This document shows, in pieces, positions 11,350 through 25,079 of a stretch of DNA of 64,000 nt (positions are counted from its first letter, which is position 1; every line of letters starts with the position of its first letter). The notes beneath the pieces are model-generated. The model saw only the letters and a list, made by a program, of their open reading frames with translations. It did not search any database and was not told where the DNA came from. Source of the stretch: Mobula hypostoma (Eukaryota). The DNA lies in NCBI RefSeq assembly GCF_963921235.1, contig NC_086097.1, positions 139,440,001-139,504,000 on the forward strand, given 5' to 3'. Position numbers and translations under genes: made by a program.

Positions 11350-14188
11350 ACTGAGGGGGATGGGAACCAGAGTGATAGGCTTGAGGATATGGCTCTTGGT
11401 TTACAAGCAGAGGCAGTGTGCAGTGAGACCGTCAGGAAGGACAGGCAAAATTGCAACAAGTGGGATGAGTTGTAGTGTAAAAGGGGAACAAAATCAGAAG
11501 AGGTGATGGTGGCAGGACTGAAGGTGTTATATTCAAATGAACGCAGTATAGAGAATGAAGCAGATGATTTTATAGTTCAGTTAGATTGGTAGGTATGAGG
11601 TTGTAGGCATTACTGAGTCACAGCTGAAAGACGTTTACAGCTGGGAGCTTAATATCCAAGGATACACATCCAAGTTAAGAAACTGAAAGGGTAAAAAGAC
11701 CTTACTGAACAGTAGCGAGGATGTGGGCTACAAATTACAATGGGAGATAGAAAATGCATGTCAAAAGATCAATGTTATAACAGTCATGGGGGATTTCAGT
11801 ATGCAGATAGATTGTGAAAATTAGGTTGGTGCTGGATCCCGAGAGAGAGAATTTGTAAATTGGCAATAAGATGACTTTTCAGAGCAGCTTGTGCTTGAGC
11901 CCATGAGGAGATCAGCTATTCTGGATTGGATGTTGTGTAATGAACTGGATTTGATTATGAAGCTTAAGGTAAAGGAACCCTTAGGAGGCAGTGATCATAA
12001 TATGATAAAATTTACCTTCCAATTTGAAAGGGAGAAGCTAAAGTCAGATGTATCAGTATTACAGTGGAATATAGAGGATTACAGAGGCATGACAGGAGAT
12101 GACCAAAGATGATTGGAAGGGGACAGTAGCAGGAATTACAACAGAGCAGCAATGTCTGCAATTTCTGGGAGTAATTCAGAGGGCACTGGATAGATACATC
12201 CCAAAAAGGTAGTATTCTAAAGACAGGGTGATGCAATCGTGGCTGACAAGGGAAGTCAAAGCCAACGTAAAAGCAAAAGAGAGGGCATATAATGGAGCAA
12301 AAATTAGTGGGAAGTCAGAAGATTGGGAAACTTTTAAAAACCAACAGAAGCAACTAAATAAGATGTTGGGGGGAGATGAGATTAAATCTGAAGGTAAGTT
12401 AGCAAATGATATTAAAGAGGATACCAAAAGTCTTTTCAGGTATATAAAGAGTAAAAGAGAAGTGAGAATAGATATTAGACCACTGGAAAATGATGCTGGA
12501 GAGGTAGTAATGGGGGAACAAGGAAGTGGTGGATGAACTGAATAAGTATTTTGCATCATTATTCACTGTGGAAGACACTAGCAGAATGGCAGAAGTTCAA
12601 GAATGTTGGGGGCAGAAGTGAGTGCAGTTCCTATTACTAGTGAGAAAGTGCTTGGGAAACTGAAAGGTCCGAAGGTAGATAAGTCATCCAGACCAATCGA
12701 CTACACCTGAGGATTCTGAAAGAGGTGGCTAAAGAGATTGTGGAGGCATGAGTAATGATCTGCCAAGGATCAATTGATTCTGGCATGGTTTCAGAGGATT
12801 GGAAAATTGCAAATGTCACTCCATTCTTCAAGGAGGGAGGGAGGCAAAAGAAAGGAAATTATAGGCCAGTTAGCCTGATCTTAGTAGCTGGGAAGATGTT
12901 GGAGTCAATGTTAAGCATGTGGTTTCAGGGTACTTCAAGGCACATGACAAAATAGGCCAAAGTCAGTATTGTTTCCTTAAAGGAAAATCTTGCCTGACAA
13001 GTCTGTTAGAATTCTTTCAGGAAATAACAAGCATGATAATCAAGGGAGAATCAGTGGATATTGTGTGCTTGAATTTCCAGAAAGCTTTTGACAAGGTGCC
13101 ACAGATGAGGCTGCTTAACAAGATAAGAGCCCATGGTATTACAGGAAGGATACTAGCATGGGTAGAAAATTGGCTGACTGGCAGGAAGCGAAGAGTGAGA
13201 ATAAAGGGAGCCTTTTCTGAATGGCTGTTGGTGACTAGTAGTGTTCTGTAGGGGTTGGTGTTGAGACCATTTCTTCTGATAATGTATGTCAATGATTTGG
13301 AGGACAGAATTGATGGTTTTGTGGTCAAGTGTGCGGATGATAAAAAAGAAAGGTGGTGTTGAGAAAGCAGGAAGGATGCAGATGGACTTGAACAGATTAG
13401 GAGAATTGGCAAAGTGGTAAATGGAACACAGTGCTGGGAATTGTATGGTCATGCACTTTAGTAGAAGGAATTAAAGTGTAGACTATTTTCTAAACAGGGA
13501 AAATATTCAAAATTCTGAGGTGGAAAGGAACTTGGGAGTCTTGGTGCAGGATTCCCTAAAGGTTAATTTGCAGGTTGAGTCTGTGGTGAGAAAGGCAAAG
13601 GCAATGTTACCATTTATTTCATAAGGACTAGAATATAAAAACAAGGATGTCATGCTGAGGCTTCATTAGACACTGGTGAGGCTCCCCTTGGAGTATTGAG
13701 AGCAGTTTTGGGCCCCTTACTTAAGAAAGGATGTGCTGATATTGGAGAGGGTTCAGAGAAGGTTCACGAGAATGATTCCGGGTATGAGAACTGATTGATG
13801 GCTCTCGGCCAATATGTCATTGAAACCAATCGAATGTTGTAAGGCCTAGATAGAGTGGATGTGGAGAGGACGTTTCCTATGGTGGGGGAGTCTAGGTTCA
13901 GAGGGCACAGCCTCTGAATAGAGGGACGTCCATTTAGAATGGAGATAAGGAAAATGTCTTTAGTCAGAGGGTGGTGAATCTGTAGAATTCATTGTCACAG
14001 GCGGCTATGGAGGCCAGGTCATTGGGTGTATTTAAGGCCAAAGTTGATAGATTCTTCATTAGTCAGGGTGTGTAAAGTTCCAGGGAGAAGGCAGGAGAAT
14101 GGGGTTGAGAGGGAAAGGTGATAAGGTGGCGTAGCAGACTCAATAGGCCAAATGGCCTGATTCTGCTCCTATATCTTATGGTCTTATG
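11350..14188 (+). mobile_element. CR1 LINE (degraded APE-RT ORF2), nested in an older CR1 3' fragment
   Basis: GSDHN, GNYRPVSL and FQKAFDKVP motifs; (tcttatgg) tail. The host CR1 sequence at about 11090-11350 resumes at about 14189-14345. Confidence 0.9.
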
Positions 14189-15074
14189 CATTAACATCAT
14201 TTAAAAGACACTTGGACAGGTGTAAGGATAGGAAAGGTTTAGAGGAACATGGGCCAAACGCAGGCAAATGGGGCTAGCTCAGGTGGGCATCTCGGCCAGC
14301 ATGGATGAGATGGACTGAAGGGCCTGTTTCCGTACTGTATGACTCTCCAGCAGCTCAGGGTTTTCTTCAGCGTTATTACAGCTCTGTGTGTAAGCTGTGT
14401 CCAGTCAATACTAAGTCATCATCACCCCTGATAAGGTTTAAAGGAGCTGCAAGAATTCCAAGATGGAGGGAAGTCTTGTGTTTGGGGCACATCTTGTCTT
14501 TGCCTTCTCACTGGTGACAATCTAACAACGGTCATCATACAGTTTGTGTTGACCAGTTTTCAGTGTTCATGTAACCATCTCATGTCAAAGGTTCTTTCAA
14601 GAGCTTTGCAATATTTCCCCCAATCATCTTCCTCCCGTACCCTGATGCCCCAGCTGCCATGTTTCCTTTGCATTCAGAGTGATTAGTATATCCAGAAATC
14701 CCTGAAAATAATCAATTAACAGTTTGCTTAAGTGGGAGTTGGAATCTGAATGGTCTTAAAGTTATAGAGTATTACAGCACAGAAACAGGCCCTTCAGCCC
14801 ACCGAGTTCATGCTGAACTCGTATTCTGCTCAGTTTCATCAACCTGCTTCCGGACCATAACCCTCTCATCCGTATACCTGTCCAAATTTCTTCTAACAGT
14901 TGAAATCAAACCCACATCCACCACTACCGCTGGCATCTCAGGCCACACTTTCACCGCCCCCTGAATGAAGGAGTTTTCCATCATGTGCCCCTTAAACATT
15001 CCACTTTTCAATAGGTACATTTAATGTTAGAGAAGTGTATACAATATACGGCCTGAAATTACTTTTCTTCCTTA

Positions 15075-16600
15075 GAACAAAGGACATAGAACAGTGCAGT
15101 ACAGGAACGGGGCCTTAGCCCCACAACGTTGTGCCGAACCAGTTAAACTGGTAATCAAATGGCCAACTAAACTAATCTCTTCTGCCTGCATAAAGCCCAT
15201 ATCTCTCCATTTTCCTCACATTCATTTACCTATCTAAATGTCTCTTAAAAGTCCCTAATGTACCTGCCTCTACCTCCACACCAGCCGATGCATTCCAGGC
15301 ACACTCCACTCTCTGTGTAAAAAAAACTTGCCCCTCACATCTCCTTCGAAATTGCCCTCTCTCAGTTTAAATGCATGCCCTCTGGTATTGTACATTTCAA
15401 CTCTGAAATAAAGATACTGTCTGTCTACTCTATCTATACCTCTGAAGACCTTACAAACCTCTTATCAAATCTCCCCTTCGCCGCTCCAGAGAGAACAATC
15501 CAAGCTTGTCCAACCTCTCATAGCACATGCTGGCAACATCCCGGTAAAACTTTCTGAAACGTCTCCAAAACCTCAACATCCTCCCTATAATGGGGAGACC
15601 AGAACAGTATGCAATACTCCAGATGCACCCTAACTAGAGTTTTATAAAGTTGCAACAAAATTTCCTGACATTTGAACTCAATGCCTCAACTAATAAAGTC
15701 AGCCATGCCATATGCCTTCTTAACCACCTTATCAACCTATCCAGCCACTTTCATGGAGCTATGAACTTGAACGCCAAGCTCATTGACACCATTAAGGATC
15801 TTGCCCTTAACAGTGTACTGTCTCTTTACATTTGACCTACCAACGCAGAACACTTCACTTTTGGCTGGGTTAAACTCCATCTGCCATTTCTCTGCCCACA
15901 TCTGAAACTAATCTATATCTGTTGTTTTCTTTGCCAGTCTTCAACGCAAATCACAACACCACCAACTTTTGTATCATCTGGAAACTTACTAACCCACCCA
16001 TCCACAATTTCATTCGAGTCATTTATATACATTACGAACTGCAGAGATCCCAGTACAGATCCCTGTGGAACACCACTACTCACAGACCTCCAGCTAGAAA
16101 AGTCCCTTCGATCACTACCCTCTGCCTTCTATGGGCAAGCTCATAACTGAATCCAAACAGCCAATTCTGCATCTTAATCTTCCGGATGAGCCTCCCATGA
16201 AGGACCTTGTCAAATGCCTTACTAAAATCCATGTAGACAACATCCACAGCTCTACCTTCATCAATCACCCTCGTCACCTTGTCAAAAAAACTCAATCTAG
16301 TTAGTAAAACACGACTTGCCCTGCACAAAGCTATTCTGGCTCTCCCTAATTAAGCCACGGTTTTCCAAATCTTATAAATCCTTTCCCTAAGAATTCTCTC
16401 CAGTAACATTCCTACTTGAACAATGGAACATGACCCATGACTTCTAGTTCTAGAATCACCCAACCTCAATGGAAAAGGCTGCTTGCATTTTACCCTATCT
16501 ATGCCTCTCGTAATTTTGTTTACCTCTATCAAATCTCCCCTCACTCTGCTAGGGAATAAAGCCCGAACCTATTCGACCACTTTCCTGTAACTTGGGTCTT
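15075..16600 (-). mobile_element. CR1 LINE fragments
   Basis: Minus-strand [14 protein letters not shown] and MRGDLIEV motifs; CR1 tail near 15080. Confidence 0.85.
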
Positions 16601-16737
16601 ATTGCAGGCAAGGCTACCCTTGTCCTTGAACCCACTGCAGCAGCAATTCTGTGACCCCCTTCCTGCACAATCCCACATCCCCCAACTTTATCCTGAGTGT
16701 CCCTGGTTTTCGACTGCCTTGCAGGGGAAACTGTACC

Positions 16738-19535
16738 CAGAATTATGACGTTATAGCAATTAGTGAAACTTGGCTACAGGAGGGGCAGGACTGGCAGCTT
16801 AATATTCCAGGGTTCCAATGTTTCAGATGTGGTCGAGGCAGCGTGGGGGAGTAGCATTGCTTGTTAGGGAAAATATTACAGCAGTGCTCAGGCCGGACAG
16901 ATTAGAGGGCTTGTCTACTGAGTCCTTATGGGTGGAGCTGAGAAACAGGAAAGGTATGGCCACATTAGTGGGATTGTATTACAGACCACCCAATAGTCAA
17001 CGAGACTTGGAAGAGCAAATCTGCAGAGAGATAGCAGGCAACTGCAGGAAACAAAGTTGTGGTGGTAGGGGATTTTAATTTTCCATACATTGATTGGGAC
17101 TCCCATACTGTTAGGGGTCTAGATGGTTTAGAGTTTGTAAAATGTGTTCAGGGAAGTTTTCTAAATCAATATATAGAGGGACCAACTAGAGGGGATGCAA
17201 TATTGGATCTCCTGTTAGGAAACGAGTTAGGGCAAGTGACAGAAGTCTGTGTAGGGGAGCACTTTGGTTCCAGTGATCATAACACCATTAGTTTCAATTT
17301 GATCATGGACAAGGATAGATCTGGTCCTAGGGTTGAGGTTCTGAACTGGAAGAAGGCCAAATTTGAAGAAATGAGAAAGGATCTAAAAAGCGTGGATTGG
17401 GACAGGTTGTTCTCTGGCAAAGATGTGATTGGTAGGTGGGAAGCCTTCAAAGGGGAAATTTTGAGAGTGCAGAGTTTGTATGTTCCTGTCAGGATTAAAG
17501 GCAAATTGAATAGGAATAAGGAACCTTGGTTCTCAAGGGATATTGCAACTCTGATAAAGAAGAAGAGGGAGTTCTATGAAATGTATAGGAAACAGGGAGT
17601 AAATCAGGTGCTTGAGGAGTATAAGAAGTGCAAGAAAATACTTAAGAAAGTAATCAGGAGGGCTAAAAGAAGACATGAGGTTGCCTTGGCAGTCAAAGTG
17701 AAGGATAATCCAAAGAGCTTTTACAGGTATATTAAGAGCAAAAGGATTGTAAGGGATAAAATTGGTCCTCTTGAAGATCAGAGTGGTCGGCTATGTGCGG
17801 AACCAAAGGAAATGGGGGAGATCTTAAATAGGTTTTTTGTGTCTGTATTTACTAAGGAAACTGGCATGAAGTCTATGGAATTGAGGGAATCAAGTAGTGA
17901 GATCATGGAAACTGTACAGATTGAAAAAGAGGAGGTGCTTGCTGTCTTGAGGAAAATTAAAGTGGATAAATCCCCGGGACCTGACAGAGTGTTCCCTGGG
18001 ACCTTGAAGGAGACTAGTGTTGAAATTGCGGGGGCCCTGGCAGAAATAGTTAAAATGTCGCTGTCAACGGGTGAGGTGCCAGAGGATTGGAGAGTGGCTC
18101 ATGTTGTTCCGTTGTTTAAAAAAGGATCGAAAAGTAATCTGGGAAATTATAGGCCAGTGAGTTTAACGTCGCTAGTAGGTAAGTTATTGGAGGGAGTACT
18201 AAGGGACGGAATCTACAAGCATTTTTAGACAGGGACTTATTAGGGAGAGTCAACATGGCTTTGTGCGTGGTAGGTCATGTTTGACCAATCTATTGGAGTT
18301 TTTCAATGAGATTACCAGGAAAGTGGATGAAGGGAAGGCAGTGGATATTGTCTACATGGATTTCAGTAAGGCCTTTGACAAGGTCCTGCATGGGAGGTTA
18401 GTTAGGAAAATTCAGTCGCTAGGTATACATGGAGAGGTGGTAAATTGGATTAGACATTGGCTCGATGGAAGAAGCCAGAGAGTGGTGGTAGAGAATTGCT
18501 TCTCTGAGTGGAGGCCTGTGACTAGTGGTGTGCCACAGGGATCAGTGCTGGGTCCATTGTTATTTGTCATCTATGTCAATGATCTGGTTGATAATGTGGT
18601 AAATTAAATCAGCAAATTTGCTGATGATACAAAGATTGGAGGTGTAGTAGACAGTGAGGAAGGTTTTCAGAGCCTGCAGAGGGACTTGGACCAGCTGGAA
18701 ACATGGGCTGAAAAATGGCAGATGGAGCTTAATACAGACGAGTGTGAGGTATTGCATGTTGTTAGGACAAACCAAGGTAGAACATACAGGGTAAATGGTA
18801 AGGCACTGAGGAGTGCAGTAGAACAGAGGGATCTGGGAATACAGATACAAAATTCCCTAAAAGTGGCGTCACAAGTAGGTAGGGTCGTAAAGAGAGCTTT
18901 TGGTACATTGGCCTTTATTAATCAAAGTATTGAGTATAAGAGCTGGAATGTTATGATGAGATTGTATAAGGCATTGGTGAGGCCGAATCTGGAGTATTGT
19001 GTTCAGTTTTGGTCACCAAATTACAGGAAGGATATAAATAAGGTTGAAAGAGTGCAGAGAAGGTTTACAAGGATGTTGCCAGGACTTGAGAAACTCAGTT
19101 ACAGAGAAAGATTGAATAGGTTAGGACTTTATTCCCTGGAGCGTAGAAGAATGAGGGGAGATTTGATAGAGGTATATAAAATTATGATGGGTATACATAG
19201 AGTGAATGCAAGCAGGCTTTTTCCACTGAGGCAAGGGGAGAAAAAAACCAGAGGACATGGGTTAAGGGTGAGGGGGGAAAAGTTTAAAGGGAACATTGGG
19301 GGGGCTTCTTCACACAGAGAGTGGCGGGAGTATGGAATGAGCTGCCAGACGAGGTGGTAAATGCGGGTTCTTTTTTAACATTTAAGAATGAATTGGACAG
19401 ATACATGGATGGGAGGTGTATGGAGGGATATGGTCCGTGTGCAGGTCAGTGGGACTAGGCAGAAAATGGTTCGGCACAGCCAAGAAGGGCCAAAAGGCCT
19501 GTTTCTGTGCTGTAGTTTCTGTGGTTTCAATGGTT
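16738..19535 (+). mobile_element. young 5'-truncated CR1 LINE, ORF2 with few lesions
   Basis: Long ORFs 17059-18228, 18263-18607 and 18686-19360 ([22 protein letters not shown]); (ttctRtgg)n-like tail. Confidence 0.95.
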
Positions 19536-19832
19536 TATCTGACATCAAGGGCCAGGAACTCCTCTGGACTCTGACAGAAACTGGTTAGTGAGGGAGATGA
19601 GGAAGCTCTGCTCTGTTCAGAATGTCTTGACCCAAAGTGTAGGCATTATTCTCTGTCACTGATAAAGATAAACTGAAAGTGAATGATTCATTCTGGAGAC
19701 ACCAGTTACTGGGAGTTCAAACTACTCTCACCAAAAAAAGCTGCTGCTGTGCCAGTATGGTTAAGTCCACTCTGGGATTTCCTTTGCACCTGTTTCTGAC
19801 TCTATACCTGGCCTTGTGTCTTGCTGTGACAG

Positions 19833-19990
19833 GACCCCAGGACCATGGTTGGTGCACTGGATATACGTGCCATAAGAGGATTTCGCTTTTCTACGGGATC
19901 GTGGCCACCAATAAGTCATGTGACATTTACTTCACTAGCACCAGTCCGCAGAGTCTGCGTCTGCTGATGCCCATCGCTAATGCCAGCAGG
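19833..19990 (+). CDS. PKHD1L1: PKHD1L1-like exon (GPQDHGWCTGYTC...TSPQSLRL)
   Basis: tgacag|...|gtaagg, 158 nt; GPQDHGWCxGYTC motif. Confidence 0.94.
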
Positions 19991-21407
19991 GTAAGGAAGT
20001 GCCCATACCATACCCAGCCGTTCGCAGATCCTCTCTCCACACCGCTCCCCACAATTATCGGTCTATTTGCTGTCTGACTTCACTGGAACAGTAACTGCCC
20101 ATTGAGCTTGTTGGTGGGCAGGCAGAGAGAGGTGGCTAGATGGTGGTGGTGTGTAGGATTCAGAAACAAACCAATGAAACGGTGAGGTATTACTCTAACC
20201 GAATCCACCGCCCGTGAATCGGGCAGTTAAATTACTCCGACTGAAGGGAAAACACACCTTCCCATGGGGTTCTTGCCTGGTGACCAAGCTCCATTTCTCG
20301 CTGGGAGAGAAAGGAATGTGATCAAACAGCTGGTGAGCAGAGTGAGGGAGCAAAGCCGGAGATGGTGTTTGTGCAAAGGTCTAATTTCCCAGTTAGAACA
20401 ATTGTCCCCAAGCTAATGAGCTGCCCGCACCAGACGTGAGCTCCACAAACACAGCAAAACGCTGGCTCCACGAACACAGAGGTAGGGGGTGGATTTTTAA
20501 TTTGTTTTTGTATCTATTACTTGAGACGTCTGGTGAAGGACTGAAGGTCACAGCCTCGTAGGGGACTTTGTGAATGGTAGGATGGAGGAAGTCCAGGTTG
20601 GTCCCCTCTAAAATGAGCAGCATGTGGGAGAAGAGCCTCAGAGCGAGTTCAATGGCCAAAGGGTTTGCCTTACAGACTGGTGGTATCTCTGACGCTAATC
20701 AGGAAACTGCAGCCTTCTTGCTGGTATAACTCTGAAGCAATTGTTGTTAGTCTGCAGGAAGTTTGGTTAACCTGAGCAGCTTGTTCTACTCTGCAGGCAG
20801 CAGCTCAGTGCAAAGACTAAAGTCACAAGATGAGTCTGTTTCTGTGCTGAACTTGGGGGTAGGAGTTCTGCCAAGTTTCTGCCTCTATGCGCCGACAGCG
20901 ATGACATTATGATTCACCTGCTCTACAGCTTTGTCTGTGACACAGCTAGACCGGATATTGAAAGAGGAATAGTCTGATTTGACGAGTTCACAATCAAATT
21001 CACATCTCACCACCGTACTCACTGACCTACACCAGCTCCTAGTCCTAAATTTCCAATCTATCCATGGCCTCAGTGCCTCCAAAATCTCCTCCACACTAGA
21101 ACGCACATGGTTCCCGCTGTTCTCCCTCTCTGCTGGATTCTATACTCTGTGATTCATTCCTGAAAGTTGCCCACATTTCTCCGTTAACTCTTGCTTTGCC
21201 TCAGTGACCAGCTTTGCTCACCTGAACAAATGCTTCCTCACCTGCTCGGATGGTAATATGCCTGCCAAGTAACTGGGGAACGTTTAACTGTATTAGCGGG
21301 GCCAGATAAAAGTAAGTTATCATTGGTGTATGCTTGGCTGACTTGGTTCTCGGCTGAGATCTTGGAGTGAAATTCTGCAGCTAAAATTCTTTATCTTTCC
21401 CATAAAG

Positions 21408-21543
21408 GCCCTCCGCTTGTTGATCTATTACTCATTACCACAACGCCTGGATGTGTACAACAATGGCACCCTTGTTCCTCCAACCAATGCAGAATGGAAC
21501 AGTGCACACACAGACTACACCCTGAGGGCACCCACCTACCCAG
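21408..21543 (+). CDS. PKHD1L1: PKHD1L1-like exon (ALRLLIYYSLPQRLDVYNNGTLVPPTNAEWN...PTYP)
   Basis: ataaag|...|gtaaac, 136 nt; QRLDVY motif. Confidence 0.9.
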
Positions 21544-21889
21544 GTAAACCAGCAGCGGTACCTTTCCATGCCGTTCATCTGCTCAATGTTCAATAATTTC
21601 CACCGTCCCCACCACACACCTCCCCCATTTCAGGGAAAACAGGAATCACCCATGGGAACAAGTCCAATTCTCACTCCACCTCCACTCTCTGGGAGAAGGA
21701 CTTTCTCCTGATTCTTTGGTCTGGTGCCCCACTTGGTCAAGTCTCATTGAGGCCACCCCTCGGTATACTCAAGAGAACTTAAGCCCAGCCTGCTTAGCCT
21801 ATCCGAAGGGTAAAACCTCTCAGGTTAATGAATGTTCTCAATGGCCCAATGCTACTATGTGTGCCTTTTAATAAGGATGATAGAAACAT

Positions 21890-22120
21890 GCGCAGTGCTC
21901 CCAGTCTGGTTTAACCAGGGATATGGGGACTGGACTTGTACACGGTGCCCCTAATGTGATCTAACCCAGGGGTAGGGTGACTGGAATAGTGCACGGTGTT
22001 CCCAGTGTGGTCTTACCTAGGTATATGGGACTGGAACAGTGCACGATGTTCCCAGTATGGTCTTACCTAGGGATATGGAGACTGAAACAGGGCACAGTGC
22101 TCCAGCGCAGTCTAACCCAT
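21890..22120. repeat. about 47-bp minisatellite, about 5 copies
   Basis: Repeated gtgcacggtgttcccagtgtggtcttacctagggatatgggactggaa. Confidence 0.75.
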
Positions 22121-22208
22121 TGATGTAAAGACTGCGACTGTGCACAAACGATGCTTTGCACAAGTTTAACACGCTGTTTTCTTGGCGGTTTTCGTTGTGT
22201 CTTCACAG

Positions 22209-22565
22209 GAGAGTTTGTTCCCAAGTTAAAAGCCCTGGTCCATGGAGCAAACTATTTTGACAGAAAATACCAGATGCTGAATGTTTTACTGAGGGGTTCG
22301 ATTCCAGTTGAGATCCACACAGCCCCCACACTCTTCATTTCCTTTGATTTACCCTCAATGACAGTGGATGAGTTCTACGGCCCAGACCTAGCAAACAACC
22401 TCGCCCTATTCCTGGACGTGCCGGCAAGTAAAATCCGCATCACCAAGATTGTGCGGGAGGATGCGTGGCTCAGGAGGCGGGCTAGGTCGATCACGGTGGA
22501 AGTGGAGATCGGAGACCCTCCATATGGGCAGTTATCATCAAAGAACAGTACAAGCACCTCTGCAG
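22209..22565 (+). CDS. PKHD1L1: PKHD1L1-like exon (EFVPKL...NYFDRKYQML...RRRARS...EIGDPP)
   Basis: tcacag|...|gtaaca, 357 nt; contains a polybasic RRRAR site of the proprotein-convertase type. Confidence 0.93.
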
Positions 22566-22794
22566 GTAACAAAGTCTTTCGTCTTCATATCCCACAGAAC
22601 ATCACCCAGTACCGCTTTGTACTTTCGCCTCTCCCTATCCAAGTGTGATGTTATGTGTTAGTGTCCTGGGCTCGAGCCCCTCCAGTGGAAGTTATGAAAC
22701 TGAATGTCATTTCACAGAAAGGTGGAAGCCCAGTGAAGTCACTGATGCTCCCACGGTGATCACCCATTAACTTTAATATTGGAGAAAGTTTCCT

Positions 22795-23400
22795 GTACTG
22801 GAACAGTTCTGGAAGTTAGTTTTTTTGACAATTTCTGAAGCACTTAAAATTAATTTACATCCTAACAAATTAACTGTGCTTTTTGGAACAATTCCTCAAA
22901 ATATCCTTGGTATCACTGTGTCTGACCAACATGTTATTGCATTTGTTAAAATGGAAGGATACATCAGCTCTCATTTTGTCACAATGGTTCTCTCAAGTGA
23001 TGCTATGTCTTAGTTTGGAGAAAATTAGAAGTCAATCGTTTGGACCTATATTTGATTTTGAGAAAAGATGGGGTTCATTTGCGCGTTATTATCATTTGAG
23101 TTAATTGATAGATTTCCTCCACGATCTAATTGTAAATTTTTGGTACATTATTTTTTCTTGCTGGCGGTTTGATGTTTATCTTTAGAAGCTTTTTGTATGA
23201 CGCATGGCTCTGGGGTTGAACACCTTACGGGATTTTTTTCCCCCACTTTTCCTTGCTTAGTAGGGTTTTTTTATTATCACCAAAAATTTTTCAATCTTTA
23301 AAATAATGTTTTTTTCTTGAGACATTGTAAGTGTTGCTTACTTCAATGTACTCATGTTAATTTTGGATAATAGTAATAAAAAGATTTGAAAAGAAAGAGA
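22795..23400 (+). mobile_element. L1-clade LINE 3' fragment
   Basis: KINLHPNKLTVLFG and WFSQVMLCLSLEKIRS match the element at 36280-38630; ends aataaaaagatttgaaaag. Confidence 0.85.
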
Positions 23401-23499
23401 AAGTTGAGGCAGAGAGCAGGAAACAACAGGCTTGTTAGGTTGACTTTGACACTGGGAACATACTGCAGTACATACTCCTGGCATGGTGCACCCTACCGT

Positions 23500-23940
23500 T
23501 ATTAAGAACATGTATACAGAAAGATGCTGGAAAAGCACCAGTAACATCATGGAGGATCCCACCCATCCTGGACTTCTTGCCCCCCCTCCCCTCTCCCGTC
23601 AGTGAAGAGGCCATGTAGTATCTACACCAGGACCACCAGGCTCAAAATGAGTTACTTTCCCAAAGCAGAAAAGCTGATCAACACCCTCTCTCATTAACAC
23701 GCCCCTCCACAAGTCCCACCACCACTACTTTATCATTTCCTGTCAGAGTCAGCTTATGTACAGACAACCCAGTGCCTAGTGTCACTTTATGGACATACAA
23801 TCAATCGATATATACAAGCTATTTTATGTATTTATATTTATTGTGTTTTTTTTTCGTGCTGCATTAGATTGGAGTAACAATTATTTCATTCTCCTTTACG
23901 TTTGTGTACTGGAAATGACATTAAACAATCTTGAATCCTG
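23500..23940 (+). mobile_element. Rex1/Babar-like LINE 3' fragment
   Basis: 'IMEDPTHPG...PLPS..R...TRTTRLK.SYFP.A' remnant with 3' tail; a similar remnant lies at about 57190-57560. Confidence 0.55.
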
Positions 23941-25079
23941 AGTTGTTAAGGAAGGACAGTTACACTACTATGGATCAGAGTCAACAGGGATATCAAGTTT
24001 GATAAACTTATTGGAGTTTGTTGGGTTGTTACTGGTAGCATAGATCATGCAGATCCAGTGGTAGGGTGGATTTGGATAATCAGAAGGCACTTGATAAGGT
24101 CCCGCTCAGGAGACTGTGAACAGGATGGAAGGACATAGAATTTGGGTGAGACACCAGTGTGGACTCAGAGCTGCTTCACGGAAAGAAACCACAAAGTGGG
24201 AATAAACTGGACTGTACTGGGTCGGTAGGTGGGCTCCTGCAGGGATTGGTGCTTGAACCTCAGCAGTTCGCAAACTGATTCATTGATTTGGCTGAGGGGA
24301 CCGAATATCCTATTCCCTAGTCTACTGAGTGGGAGCATAAGTAATGAAAAGGGTGTACAGAGAGTGAGCAGAGAAGAGCATGACAAATGGAGCATAATAT
24401 GGAAAAGTGACGTAGAGGAAACAAATGAGAGATTGAGAAATGTTCAGAGGAAGCTGGATGCCCTTGCGAAGGTGTCACTGCAAGGACCTGACCTTGTGTC
24501 GAACTGGGTTGAACTGGTCCATGTCTATGTTGACGTGGAGGGAACCTACATGGTCACAGGAAGAGCATGCAAACTCGAAACAGACAGCAGCTGAGGTCGG
24601 AATTGAACCCAAGTCTCTGGACCAGCTGTTTCATCCAAGATTATAATTAAATGGATGAACTTTTACTAGTCGTGTCAAGCCTTTCTTGTTGCAGCTCTGT
24701 TACAAACTCAGGAGCTGTGGCTTTGATCTGTACGTATAAAACATGACAGATTGATGTGAAGACCCATGATCCAGACTGTGATGGATCACTAACCATGCAA
24801 GGCTGGCTACACAATTTGTGTGGTGATTGGTTGGCTGGAGTTGAGGCTTGCAATCCCCCAATATGCCCAGAATGTGGGGACAAACAGCAATCGCTCAAGT
24901 CCTTCCACCAATCTAACTGGCCGCATCTTATCTCGGCCTTTTACCCATCTTTTTTTCATTTCCCATGGTGAAATAGTTGCCAGTATCCAATGTTACTGGA
25001 AGCATTTCCAAAATGCACCCCCCACCACACCCAGTATGAATCTGTCCTTAATGCAGTTTTTAAAAATTCATTTCCAAGT

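Noticed and set aside
16738..19535. Active autonomous CR1
   Set aside because: Lacks ORF1 and the 5' end; ORF2 is broken by stops and frameshifts (for example 18226-18228 and 18605-18607).
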